Below, in pieces: positions 11,760 through 24,600 of a stretch of DNA of 64,000 nt (within the stretch, counting starts at the first letter, position 1; every line of letters starts with the position of its first letter). The stretch spans positions 67,766,001-67,830,000 of the forward strand of contig NC_135804.1 of NCBI RefSeq assembly GCF_964213995.1, in the 5' to 3' direction. A program made the position numbers and the translations under genes. The notes beneath the pieces are model-generated. The model did not search any database. It was given only the letters and a program-made list of their open reading frames with translations, and was not told the DNA's origin. This DNA comes from Mustelus asterias (lineage: Eukaryota).

Positions 11760-13680
11760 GATCAGGCATTTTCCCAAACAATTTTAAGCGCTAAACGGAA
11801 ACATAAAAACTGATTGTAAAGTTTAGATAGGTGTGTGCAGAGAGAAGAATTGTGACACAAACATATGTAGGCCCCTTACACTCAGAAAGGGGAGAATTTA
11901 TAACGGAAACAAAGAAATGGCTGATGAACTACATTTCTCGTTTGTTTCTGTCTTCACAAAGGAATACATGAATAATGTACGAGATGTTCCGAGAGAAAAA
12001 CGTTTTAGATAGGAGCTGAAGGAAATCAGTATGAATAGAAAAATAATTGTGGGGAAATTGACGGGATTAAACGTGGATACATCTTCAGTTCCTGATAAAC
12101 GTAATCTCAGAGTAGTTAAGGAAGTGGTCCTGGAAATAAAGCATTCGCTGGTGGTTATTTCCCAAGATATTTTGAATTCTGGCCTAGATCGTACAAATTG
12201 GAGGGTAGCTAATGTAAGCCCACTATTCAAAAAGGGAGGTAGGCAGCAAACAGGGAACTAGAGACCAATTAACCTATTGTCAGTTCTGGGGAAGTTGATA
12301 GATTCAATTATGTAAGTTTTCACAGCTCAGCATTTAAAAAGCAGTAGCATAATCAAACAAAGCAACACGGAATTATGAAGGGAACCATACTTAATGAACC
12401 TATTGGAATTCTTTGAGGATGTACCGAATGGATTTGATGATGGAGAAACGGTGCATCTGGATGTTGTCACGTTAAAACGGGTGGCATTGTGCTTGCGTCC
12501 TGAGGTGGATAGAAAGCTGGTTAGCAGGTGTGAAGAATGTACTTGGCATAAATGTATCTTTTTCCGACTGACAGGAGTGACTATTAGGTATTGAAGATAT
12601 ATGTGCTGATCATGTTATATATTAATGATTTACAAGAGAATACTAAATGTTTTATCTCCGCGTTATCCAATAATACAATGTTGGGTTGGAGGGTGAGCTG
12701 TGAGGAGGATGCAGAGATGCTTCTGCATGATATGGAAAGGCTCAGTGAGTAGGCATATGCATGGCAGATGCAATATAATGTGAATGAAAGTGAGGTCATC
12801 CACTTCGGCAGCGATAACAGGAAGACAAATTATAATTTGAATGGGTGTAAATTGAGAGATGTGGATAATTATTGAGGCCTTGCTGCCCTTGTGCATCAGT
12901 CACTGAAAGTAAGCACAGTTACATCCAGCTTGCAGTAAAGAAGTCAGATGTTGTGTAGACTTCCATAGCGAGAGGATTTAAATTTAGGAATAGAGATATA
13001 TTCCTGCAATTTTACAGGGCTCTGGTAAGTTCCTTACCAGGGCCCTGTAAAATTGCAGGAATATATCTCTATTCCTAAATTTAAATCCTCTCGCTATGGA
13101 AGTCTACACAACATCTGCCTTCTTTACTGCAAGCTGGATGTAACTGTATGCTTACTTTCATGTCTGGAATATCGTGTGCAGTTTTGGTGTTCTTATCTGA
13201 GGAAGAATGCCCTTGCTATGGGGAGTGCATCCAAGATTTATCAGGCTGATTCCTGGGATGGTTAAGATTATATTCATTGGAGTATAGAAGAATGAGAGCG
13301 AATCTCACAGAAACGTATCAAATTCTAATGGAATTTCTGAATGGTAGATTCAGAAAGAATGTTTTTGATAGGAAGGAGGTTCAGTACTAGGGGTGAGAGT
13401 TTTAAGTTAAGAGCTAAACCTTTTAGAATTGAGGACATGAGACCGTTTGCCATACAACGAGTAGTGAATCTGTGGAATTCACTGCCAAAGGTAGTAGAGA
13501 CCAACACATTGAGTGATTTCAAAAATAAATTAGAAATAGCTCTTGGGTTAAATGGATCAAGGGATTTTGGGGAAGTTGGGATCAGGATATTGAATTCGAT
13601 GATGATCTATGATCAAAATAATTGGCAGGGCAGGTTGGAAAGGCCGACTGGCCCACTCTGCTTTCACATTTCTAAACTTC
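11760..13680 (+). mobile_element. Old CR1 LINE ORF2 relic containing an inverted duplication
   Basis: WRVANVSPLFKKGGRQQTGN, NLLEFFEDV and QRVVNLWNSLP motifs with many stops. Confidence 0.85.
12904..13160. repeat. Near-perfect palindrome, ~126-bp arms, 3-nt loop (13030-13032)
   Basis: TGAAAGTAAGCA...TTACAGGGCTCTGGTAAG-TTC-CTTACCAGGGCCCTGTAA...TGCTTACTTTCA, with a few mismatches and one 2-bp indel. Confidence 0.95.
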
Positions 13681-13849
13681 TAGGTTTTTATGTTAACATG
13701 GCAAGATGGCGCACGGCACTGGTCATGGTGTCGGTTTTCTACCGTCCAGACGCATATGGACCTTTGTTGCTGGGTTTGCCCCTTGCCCTCCCCCATCCAG
13801 AGCAAATAGATTTTTTTGCTTGGAGCCATTAGGCCTGCCATTCATTCTT

Positions 13850-14630
13850 GCAGTTGCTGCTGTGGAGGAGGAAGAGTAGTAGTGAATCGTCCACGCACTT
13901 CAAGGCACGCGGGGGTCAGAGGCTGCAGCAGGAGGCCAGGGTTCCGTCGGTCTGGGTCAGGAGGCGGCCACTCATCTGTCGATTCGGGCGCCAGAGGATG
14001 GATGAGATGGAGACCCTGGCAATTCAGGACACATATGTCCTTCAACGAGCTGTTGGATGCCATGTGCAGGCTCCGGCTCGGCTCCGTGAGGAGATGGTAC
14101 GGTCCTGTGTCACGTGCTCGCAGAATGGTCACCTTGAAGGATAGGGGGACACATGCTCCCAGTTGCGGCGGAGGTTGCGGTGTGCCTGAGGTGACAAAGG
14201 TCTTGTTCGTCTGGGCAGGCCCTTACATCTAATTCGACGGAGCCAGGCCCAGCCAGAAGCCCGGGCCACAGGCTTTGCCGCTATCGCCAGGATACTGAAT
14301 GTGCACCTGGAGTATTGATTGCACACACAGCAACCTGTGATTCCCCAAAACAACAGACACCGCAGTTCGTGCACAGCAAGGAGTTCCAGATGAAAATCAT
14401 GCATGTGTGTGCACGCCACCCGGGTAGCGTACATGATTGCTACATCTTCATGCAATTCTTCTGGCGTTTTATCATAGAATCTCTAACTTGCGGAGCTCCA
14501 TCATCCCTGGCGAATTTGAGGAGCAGCCAAGGCTACCGGGATGGCTCGTGGGGGACAAGGTCTACCCGTTAATAACGTGACTGTGGCATGAGTGTGGAGG
14601 TCAGAGACCGATACAGAGACCCCTTTCATT
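13850..14630 (+). mobile_element. PIF/Harbinger transposase relic
   Basis: SFNELLDAMCRLRL, VPEVTKVL, ARATGFAAIA, MKIMHVCARHPGSVHDCYI and GWLVGDKVYPL motifs. Confidence 0.75.
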
Positions 14631-16399
14631 GCACTGAGTGTATACGATGCATTTTCAAACTCGCCCATAAAACAGATCTGAATCTGTCCCGTTTCCTCAA
14701 TGGTTCGGCATTTTATTTTCGCTAAGTCGTGTCCTTAAAAATGTTTCCATCAGATCGCCCCTTTAGGCTGAACGGCCTGTACCTGCCCCAATTACTTTGC
14801 TCATGACTTCAACAGTTTGTAACGAGGAGAAGTCCCAGTTGCAAGTTAATTGAACAAGAATAATAGCCAAGTAATCAACTAATAATTTATGCGGGAGCGT
14901 TGTTTGGAGATGGGGAAGGAGGGACGAACAAACGAGTTATTATGAGGCTAAAATCACGAACGTTTTCATCTGTTGCTGAAGATTAAAGCTTCGATTAAGA
15001 TTACCTGGAGAAATACTAAACAAGTAAAGAAGAAATCGAAACATGGATGTTGCTGTGTAGTTGGTTGGTTATCAATTGATCTTGGTCGGGGACGCAAGGG
15101 TTACTCATGGTAGCGTGGGAACCAACTTTTATTGGTGACTTCTACACTGGCTGTTAGTCGCAGTCACACACAACACAGACAGTAAATAAAAGGGCCATGA
15201 AGGAAGTTAGTGCAGTGCAATATTCCAAAAATCAATCATGAAAAAGATGAAATTAAAGCAGGGTTGTGATGGCGCTGGCAACATGCATTTGACACATCCT
15301 CACGAACGCCTTAACTTTCATTTAGTTCAAAACTATTTCCAAGTTTTTCACGTGCCTTGTGGCACGTGATGTTGATAATAGATTATAATGCCAGAGATGA
15401 CGTCTAACCATTGAGTTGGAAAATGTTATCTTACCTTCCTCATTCCGTATGCCATATATCTGTTCATAAAGCAAATAGTGGGCAGATTTATTTATAATGA
15501 CTCTCAATTTGACCTCCACTTACGAATTTCCACCAATACTATCACACGCAGGTTTCCTCACGACATCTACCTGTACGCACGCATCTGTCCTCCTGAAAGT
15601 GAAGGTTTTGCTCTCAGTTCTTTATATAAATCTAAGGAGAAGGTATCGCAAACTCGCTCTCAACGAAACGGTCCCACTTCTCAAATATGAGACTATGTAA
15701 GTTCCAGGTATAGCCCTACCAGCGCTACCTGCAGTTATGGAGAATTTGCTGCTTAGCCAAATCTCTGGCTGGCATTCTCTGACCTCGTGTGTGGCTCGGA
15801 GTCTCCTTCTGCAAGTGAATGAAGGATTGGCTGAGCTCCATTCACAGCATCAGCACCTGAAAGTCCCAACCGCCGATGCCGTTGGGGACTCCCGGCCGAA
15901 GTGTCTGTTCTCTCTCCGTAACTTCTGCTGCACAAATTGATCAGCGAGATCTTCTACTTATTAACGTATTCGAAACCACAATCCGCAGTGTGACCCTTGA
16001 TATCATTGTACTCCAATTGGTGTTAATGAGGCGATGCTAATTCGTAATTGGCTGAGGGATTGTGTGATCGGTATGAGAGTCCAAACCGGTACGATCAATT
16101 TCTAATGGACTTCTCGAGTATGATGGTCATCCGCTGATATTATTTCCAAATTTCCCCTGACGGAACCACTATGTTGTCAATTTGCTTGCTGGATCATCCC
16201 TCTCAGTATTGAATGTCTTTGTTACTTCCATCATCTCTGTTAAGATGAAAGAAAGTTTCTTGGCAATTTCCTTGGCAGTTTGTTCAGGAGAGAACACATT
16301 GCTGGCCATGCCACCATGATAGATATGTTGAGCTGATAGTTTCAAATCTCATTTGATCGGCATTGATTCAGGCGTTTGGCATTATCACTTTGAATCTTT

Positions 16400-17450
16400 T
16401 GAATCTCTTCAAAGTGTGCACGCCATCGGGAAAACAGGAATGTTTCCCGGAGGCAAATGCAGCGCTCGTCAGGCCCCATTCAGTCTATGCTAATGGTAGA
16501 TAACTCCTCTCCTTCCCCACGGGTATGTCTCTTATGTTCCGGTCCCAGCGGCGCCTAGTTCGCTGTTGTCGGGATTCAGCACTCAGACCAAATAAGAGGG
16601 AGCACCATTTTAAGCCCTCCCACCAGCACCCAACATATTTTCAGCCAGCACCAGTTTTTTTTTCCGAAGAGTTGCCCCAAGTTTCTTGGACGATGTTCGA
16701 AACCGTGGAGGAGAAGAGGGCCATCCTCTTTCCAAATGTCATGCCATGACCACTTCGTGTTCTAGCAGAAGCCTGTGATGACATGGCAGAGGAAGTAAGC
16801 TCTAACATCATTAACAGGCGGACCTTACAAATGACACAGGTTGATGAATGCCCTCCTCCGACTGTGGTTAGTACCCACCTGCCTGCTGCTGGCATCACTC
16901 CCGTCGGTATCATTTGACATTTCACCTTATATCCCTAAAAAACATCAAACGCACGAACTCCACTCCTCTCCCTCAGACTCCTGCCAAAAAATCAAAGGTT
17001 CGGCGCAGTGCTCACACGTGTATGCCATCGGCTGCCTACCTTAGTATCCTCGTCATACCGCAATCTGATAATGCCGTTCGTGTGTCTCCATCAGCTAAGA
17101 TATCCCGCAGCTGCAAGGAACACAGGAGGCGGGTATTGGTATAGCTGTGCTTCGGGCCCTTACTCCCTTTGAGGAGAGGAGCCTGGAAATAGTGGGCCCC
17201 AAAGCGAGATGTGGTAAGATGTTAGTTCGAAATGCCCCGCGGAATTTGAGACTTCCATCCACCTTTATCCACTATCTCAAGTGAATCTATCATTTCCCAC
17301 AAACCTGATATACGCCAACGGTAACACCATGTATTTACTCTTCCAGGATCTCCATCAGTGACACAGAACCATCTGATGTATTTGTCCCGTTAAAGCCGTG
17401 CTCCGGCTATCTGGCGATCGAACTCTCGACTCCAGAATTTGAAGAATTTG
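16400..17450 (+). mobile_element. Degraded Harbinger Myb/SANT-type relic
   Basis: APVFFSEE...MFETVEEKRAILFP resembles the Myb/SANT N-termini seen elsewhere in the window; heavily decayed. Confidence 0.4.
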
Positions 17451-18010
17451 AAGTTAATGGACATTTAAACCAGGCGTGACAATGGTCATGCTTAACAATA
17501 TAAAGCTGTGATATCAGATTGTCATCCATTAAAATAGAGGCAGAATATCCGGGAGGGAGTTGGAGGTGAACGGTGGTAGTAGAAGGACAGTGTGAACAGT
17601 GGAGATATAAGATGCTGAGATAGGCAGATAAATGATTCAGTCAGCCCAAAAAAATGAGATTTGGCATTTAGCTTGGCTGGGAGTCAATTTAAAAGCTTGA
17701 TATTTCAATATGATTACTTATACGAGCATAAATCTGGAACAATATCTGGACGCAGGAAAGGCAAGAGGAAATAATGTTTTCTGACGAATTAGCAGACTGC
17801 TGACTCGCCATTTCGGAATATCCAGAATGAGTGAACCGCTTTGGAGGAAATCAATGGACTTTGGAGGAAATCAATGGGCTCAGTCGTGAAATGATGTGGC
17901 ACCTGCCCCAGACGTGCTAAATCGTTTCGCAACGATATCACAAGCTGAGCACGAGAAGGATCAAGGATGGAAAACCAATTTTAAAAACCTGTGAGGTCAG
18001 AAGGCGACTA

Positions 18011-18016
18011 TTTATT
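18011..18016 (-). promoter_or_regulatory. Candidate polyadenylation signal of the IgSF receptor gene
   Basis: AATAAA on the minus strand ~520 bp after the stop codon, followed by a CA and a G/T-rich tract. Confidence 0.5.
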
Positions 18017-18538
18017 GAAAATGTTGCATTTTGAAAAATGAAAGATACATGGATATTTTCACGTCACATATCAAAGGAGGAGTTGGGAGAGGCGGGTGGT
18101 GGTGACAATGATAGCACACATAGAGATTTAAACGATTCCTGGAATGATAATCGAATGAAATCCAAATTCATGTGAGAAAATAAGATGAAACATTAGCAAA
18201 TTAAGGAGCGAATCAAGCGTATCACGTCTGGATATTGGGTAGAGCAAAGATTAGCCAATCTATTAAAATTAAAAGTAAATTAGAGTAGAAAATGACGCAG
18301 TCTTTCTTTCATGTTATCCATATATGTGGAATGGCTAGAATTCGGAAATCCGACGACGGATGAGCATGGTCAAAAGCGATGGAGTGCCTTGCGTGGAGTG
18401 AGTTTCAAGGCAAACAGGAAATCCACAAGATATATTTGGAGAAAAAATCCACCTGCGATTTTCGAAAATGTCAAAGGCCTGATGTAAAGGCAGTTACCGA
18501 GGAAAAGATACACGAAGGTGAATACATCGATTATGCAG

Positions 18539-18697
18539 TCATCGCGCAACACTTCCTTGTTTGCTTAATTTAGCTTTCGTTTTCACGGCTGCGTATGTTA
18601 ACCTTGTTTCTCCGAATGTCGTTTTTGACGATGACCTGGAACCTGCCAGATTCAGAGCAACGTAAGTCAATTTGCTCTCAGCGGTGTTCTGTCTGGT
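18539..18697 (-). CDS. Last coding exon: TRQNTAESKLTYVALNLAGSRSSSKTTFGETRLTYAAVKTKAKLSKQGSVAR*
   Basis: Acceptor TTGATTTACAG|ACC, phase 0; two consensus ITIMs (LTYVAL, LTYAAV); 159 bp to TGA. Confidence 0.85.
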   Translation of the reverse strand, partial: TRQNTAESKLTYVALNLAGSRSSSKTTFGETRLTYAAVKTKAKLSKQGSVAR

Positions 18698-21600
18698 CTG
18701 TAAATCAACGACAGGGAGTATTTTACTATTTATTAACTTAAATGTATCGAAATTGCATCAAGTTGATTTTCAATACAATCTCAAAAGCAAATTATAGCAG
18801 ACAAGATTAAAGTTTCCACGTGGGAACTGAGATTTACCTCTGCATATACCGTGTGTTCTCTGTGTTGTTTCGGCATTTCGCCACGCTTGGAACCGGTCAG
18901 ATAAAGAGCAGCGTACATCAGTTTGCCTTCGGCTGAATTTAGTTCCTTCTAGGAATTCAATGTTTAGTATTCAGTAAGTTTCATCTTTCGGACACAAAAT
19001 CTTGCATACATACATACAAATTAGAAACCGAAGCAGGCCGCTCAACCTCTAAAACCATTTTGCTATTCCTTAAGACATGTTTGATCCCCGTGTGGCCTCA
19101 ATTTCACTGTCCTTTCTGCGCCCTGAATCTCCAAGCCTTACAAACTGCCCTAATTCAGTAAGCTCCACAAACATCTACGAATTTCCGTATCGCTCTAACC
19201 TCCTACAGTTCCTTGGCATTTCCCAGCCATTATTCACAGTAGTTCTTTACTTTGTAAAAATAACAAATCAAATTAGTGTTTTTTCAGTTTTCTCTCCTGT
19301 CAATCAAAAAGTGATCGAAGTCAACCTTGAAGTAATTGAATGAATTTGCCTTCACCGCTCTCTGATTAAATCAGTTCTACAGATGCGTGGCCCACTGAGA
19401 GGGAAATAAATCAAATCTCCTCATCCTTGTCTTAAATGGTAAATCATGCTTTTTCAAACGGCATCACGTATTTTTACCCTTTGCTACAAAGTATCACATT
19501 TTTGCAACGTCCATTCTGTCAAGACGACTCAGCATTTTCTACTTTTCAAAAGATCACTTAGTCTTCTAAAGTGGAGGAGGGTACAGGCCCAATCTGTTAA
19601 AAATGTCCTCATTAAATAACACGCTCATCCCAGCAATCAATCTGGTGAAACTTCTCTTAATTATTTGAACTGAAGTTATTTTATTTCTTCATGAAGGACC
19701 AAAGCTGCGTACAATACGTTTGGGCGGGAATTTTACCGGCACGCCCACGCCGATTCCGGGGGCGGTCGCGACTCGGAGGACGGCTTCCTCCGAAGGCCTC
19801 GGGCGGGATAGTACAGACCTCGGGCGGAGGTGCCGGTCAGATTCTTCCTTCGGCACCAATTCTCAGCTGCAGCACTACACTTTATAATCCACTCCTCTTG
19901 CAATGAACGGTAACATTCCATTGGGCATCCCAGCCACTTATGCGCCTTCTCAACCATATATTTCGGTTCATATTATTGTGTTCTGATTCATGTACCGGGA
20001 CATCCGTATGTCTCTGTACATCAGAGTCTAAAATATCTTCGCATAAAAAAAATATGTTTTTTATTCTGACTGCTAAAATGGACAAATTCGCGATCTCTCA
20101 CGTCATCTGTCATTTTTTGCACACTCTTTACCTATCCGTGACCCTCTGCAGACTCCATATTTCCCCCTTGCCACTTACTCACCCATCTACTTTCTTTCAT
20201 CAACATCTTTAGCAACCATGCGTATAGTGTTATCATCCAAGTCGTTGATATCAATTGTAAATAATTGAGGATCCAAGACTGATACACATGACACTACAAT
20301 TGATACATATTTTTCCAACCAGATAAAAGGCCAAAATGTGCCTACTCTATGTTTCCTGACAGCTAGATAGTCCTTGATAGATGCTATCACCTGTGTCATG
20401 TGATCTTGCTATGTGTGGAACCTTTGATGTCGAACATGATGGAATGTCTTTTCGAAATCCACAGGATCCACAGTAACTCCACAGGTTCGGTTTTATTCAC
20501 TTTGCTTCTTACTTTCTCAAATAACTCATACATTATGTAATAATAATTTCCAGGTTACAACGCCATGTTTACTCTGCTAACCTCCATCAGATGTCCCAAG
20601 TGCCCTGTTACAACTCCTTTATTAATGGATTCCAGCATTTTCCCAATGGCAGAAGTTAAGCTAATTGGCCTGTAGTTTCTGGAATACTGTTTCCCTCCTT
20701 TCTTGAACAAAGGAGCTACATTCCCTGTTTTATTCAAATCTAATTTGTCGCTGCCAGAATCTAGGACGTTTTGAAAATTTTAATCCAAGTCATCCATTCT
20801 CTCAGCAGTTACTTATTGTAAGACCCTCGTAACAGTTGCATCATGCTTGGGAATTTTCAGATTTTTCGTTATATTATTTTTTCAGCAGCATCATCCTGCT
20901 GAAAGTAATCGTTTTATGCTCTTGCTTCCGTTTCGCATCGCGATATCCAATTATTTCTGGTATGTACTTTGTATCCTCTACAGCGATATATGTTCCGTTG
21001 ATTCTGCTTTCGCTTGATTGGCAATACTAATTCGTCAGACTCGCTCTTTGGAGGAGCAGCATATTATAAGTAGTTGCTTTTACAACACCTGTGGAAACTC
21101 TTCCGATGTGTGCTGCATATTAATAGCTAACGATCGGTCCTGCTCTGATGTTTCACTTCATTTTTAGCCATTATTCGCTGTAATTTATGCAACTTGTTCG
21201 TCTAACCTGCCAGTGAACTTCAGGGAATTGATTTTGTTTATTTCAATTTGATCCTGTTGATAACTTCCTTAGTAAGCCGCGGATAATATGTCCGTCCCCT
21301 CGAGATGTTTTGTTCTTTCTGACTCAAATGGCTGAGAATTAGAAAACATCTCCTTAAGTTTCTGATAAAAGCACGACAGCTGTGGATGCTGGAATAACAA
21401 CAGAAAATGCTTGAAAATCTTAGCAGGTTGACAGAGAAAATAGAACGAAGTCCAGACCACCCTTCGTCAGAGCTTCGTCAGATCCCTTGTCAGCATTTTG
21501 CAATGACAAAGGATCGAGTATGGAAGTAGCAAAGATCAAAGACCATTACAGCACAGAAACAGGTCGTTTGGCCCTCCAAGCTGAAATGTCAGCTTGTGAA

Positions 21601-24600
21601 AGAGAAAGACGGGCTGCCTGAACAGTATAAATAGATTTTTTTTTCTGAATCGCCTGGTGGACACATTTTTTTATTCTTAAACAAAGAATAACGGGTGATC
21701 TCATTTTAAACCGCGTAAGAAGGATAGGCAACAGTGTTGCTCTCTATTTTCGTTACCGATTCTACACTGAGATTAGAAATTTGAATTTTATTTGTAATAT
21801 AAATGCCGTGGCACGTTTTCACCATGCTGCAGCTTGGTTTGCACAACAAGAAATGCAAATCTGCGAACCTTATTCTCACTATCTTTAGTAGCCGAAAAAG
21901 GTATGTCATTTTAGCTAATATAGATGGAAAGTTAAAACTGTATTGAACTATTCAAAAAGCTGGCAGAGTTTGCAAACGCTTCGACCATTTTTCTAATTTT
22001 ACTTGTTTATACATAAAGTTGCGCTTTTACAGAAAAGGGGAAAAGTCAAGTCCAAATCCCCACATGTTTAAAAGAGATTTATTTAATGTGATGTCATTCA
22101 CCTGAACTTGAGAACACAAGTTCAGGATTGAGAACAAAATGTGCTTACCTCATCTGTACGCTGTGTAGTATTTATTGATTTTTTCTTTGCACCTGGTGAA
22201 ATTCGAAAAGGATAACGTATAAATAGCGGGCATATTTGCATTTGACCCGATGTCAATTAAGTAAAATGCAATTCATGCCAGCAAGTTATAGTGATACGCT
22301 GATTTCGTAATATATCACAAAATGTTCAAACCAAACGAATTTGTTTCGCTATCGCTTCTGTATTAAAGCTACGCAGGCACCATTGCACTATTTAAGCTAC
22401 ATTTTTATGGTTAGATAATGCAGTTCGGAAAATGAAGCTGTGAGCATTATAATGTCAGATGCTCATGTAATACTTGAGTTGAAGCAACATGTAAGTGTGA
22501 AGGTATTTTTCCGTCAGCTAATTATGCGAATTATACCAATAAGCAGCTTTGCTCCCGCTTATAGTTACTCGAATCGGATATTTTAAGATTTCGCCTACCA
22601 GTAAATTATTTCCTTCAGTGTGAAAATTCTCATTCATACCTTTGCACTTTATGACTCCAATCACTAGCATTAGGGTCAAAAATAGAATTGCAAGTACACC
22701 ACCGGACCATCCACCGACCATAAGAACATTGATTTTAGAGGGATTAGCTATCAAAATTAGAAAATGTCATGTCAGCCATATGTACACAGCTATCAATATC
22801 AAATGCATAATTTTCAATTACGCTGTGAATCGAACATCATGATACAAAATATAAAACTTCAGTACATCATTTTCATTATCGATATTTATGCAGCTGTTTT
22901 ACGAATAGTTCGAAAAAACGTGGTTGAAACATATAGATCATAGAATCCTTGAGTCGTAGAATCCCTACAGGGCAGAAGGAGGCCATTCATCCCATCGAGC
23001 CTGCACCGACAAAATTCCCACGCAGGCTCAATCCCCGCAACTCCACGTATTTACGTTTCTAAGGCCCCTGACACCAAAGCACAATTTAGCATTGCCCACC
23101 TAACACACACATATTTGGAGTATGGGAGGGAACCGGAGCAGCCGGAGGAAACCCGCGCTTTCGCAGGCAGAATGTGCAAACTCCACACAGTCATCCGAAG
23201 CCCGAATTGAACACGGGTCCCTCGCACTGTGAGGCAGCTTACCTCTGTGCAAGCCTGTTGGAGAAATAGCAGCAATGTTGAAGAAGGTGCCCATTGAATG
23301 GGCACATTCCCATTCATGACTATACAGAATGCAATCGTTTTCAACTGATTGTGCCAATCAAAAAACAATTAAAATGTTGTTCCAAGTTTCATTGCACCAC
23401 ACGCAGAAAAGGTCCAAACAAATCGCTTGAGATCATCTTTCAAGGAAAGATGCATTACCGTGTATTTACTCATCTTCTCACAATTACCTGTGACCCTATT
23501 TTTAGTCGCATTACGAGTGAGTAACAACTTTATAAATGAGGAATCAAGTTGGTTTAGTTCGTATCTGCAGCGAGATGAAAAGATTCAATTGTTCGATTCC
23601 ATAGCTCAGCGATCCATTATTTTTCAGTGCCTCGATTGAACATCGATGCTGCATCATTTTCTAAGTTGCAATTTTATGCGGTTAATCTGATTTATGGGAG
23701 CAATACTGAAGACTCAAACCCATTATTGGTTAGGTTGCATGATGCAGTCTACAACATATCCTATTTTAAAACCAAATGATTGGAAACCTTCGCCCAAAGA
23801 ATACAATAAGTTTCATCAATATATGAGCATGAAGCTACTCCAGTAATCACTTCCTATGCACCACCGTTTTTCATGCATTTTTGTGAAGGGCGAAAGACTA
23901 AAAACTATCATATTTCATATAAGATTACCTTCATCAAAAAACGTATAGCTGGCATTTGCTGGCATTGAGCTTGAAACGTGATAAACTTGACAGATATAAA
24001 CTGTGCCTTGTTCGATCGCCTGCTGTTTCAGGTTGCTGACAACTTCAAAAAGCCCCTCGGAATTTGCTTGTTGTTCATTTTGGAATCCGCTGAGAATTTG
24101 AGCACCGTTTTTATGCCAGGTGAGGTTAAATCCTTTCGGGTAAAAAGCTGCAGTTTTGCACTGGAGCCTAATAGTAGCAGATGAGATCTCTTCGGATGAT
24201 ATGGACATAATTTTCAGGGGAGCCGCTGGAGCTAAATTCAAGATAACAAGACAGATAAATTGAAAAAGTGAGCTTCTGCTCTAAAAAATTGTAATTTTAT
24301 TAATTACGTACAGCTTGTTCTTGGCAAGCAAGTTTCTTTAATAATCAGTATTTTTATATTGCTGCGCGGTGTTTTTCATAGATTTTCTAGGTCCCTCCAC
24401 CCGTACGCTATTAAAGTACTACCAGCATGTTTAGCAAAATTGACTTGCATAATTTGTCCCTCTTTATTTAAACCTATGTGTTACAGTCGGTATACTGCAT
24501 TTAAGGATTTAGCGATTGGGAGAAGGGGGAGGGCCGGGGGTAGAGGAAAGGTGATAGCGTAGCGATATTATCGCTTGGCTACTAATCCAGAAAATCAACT

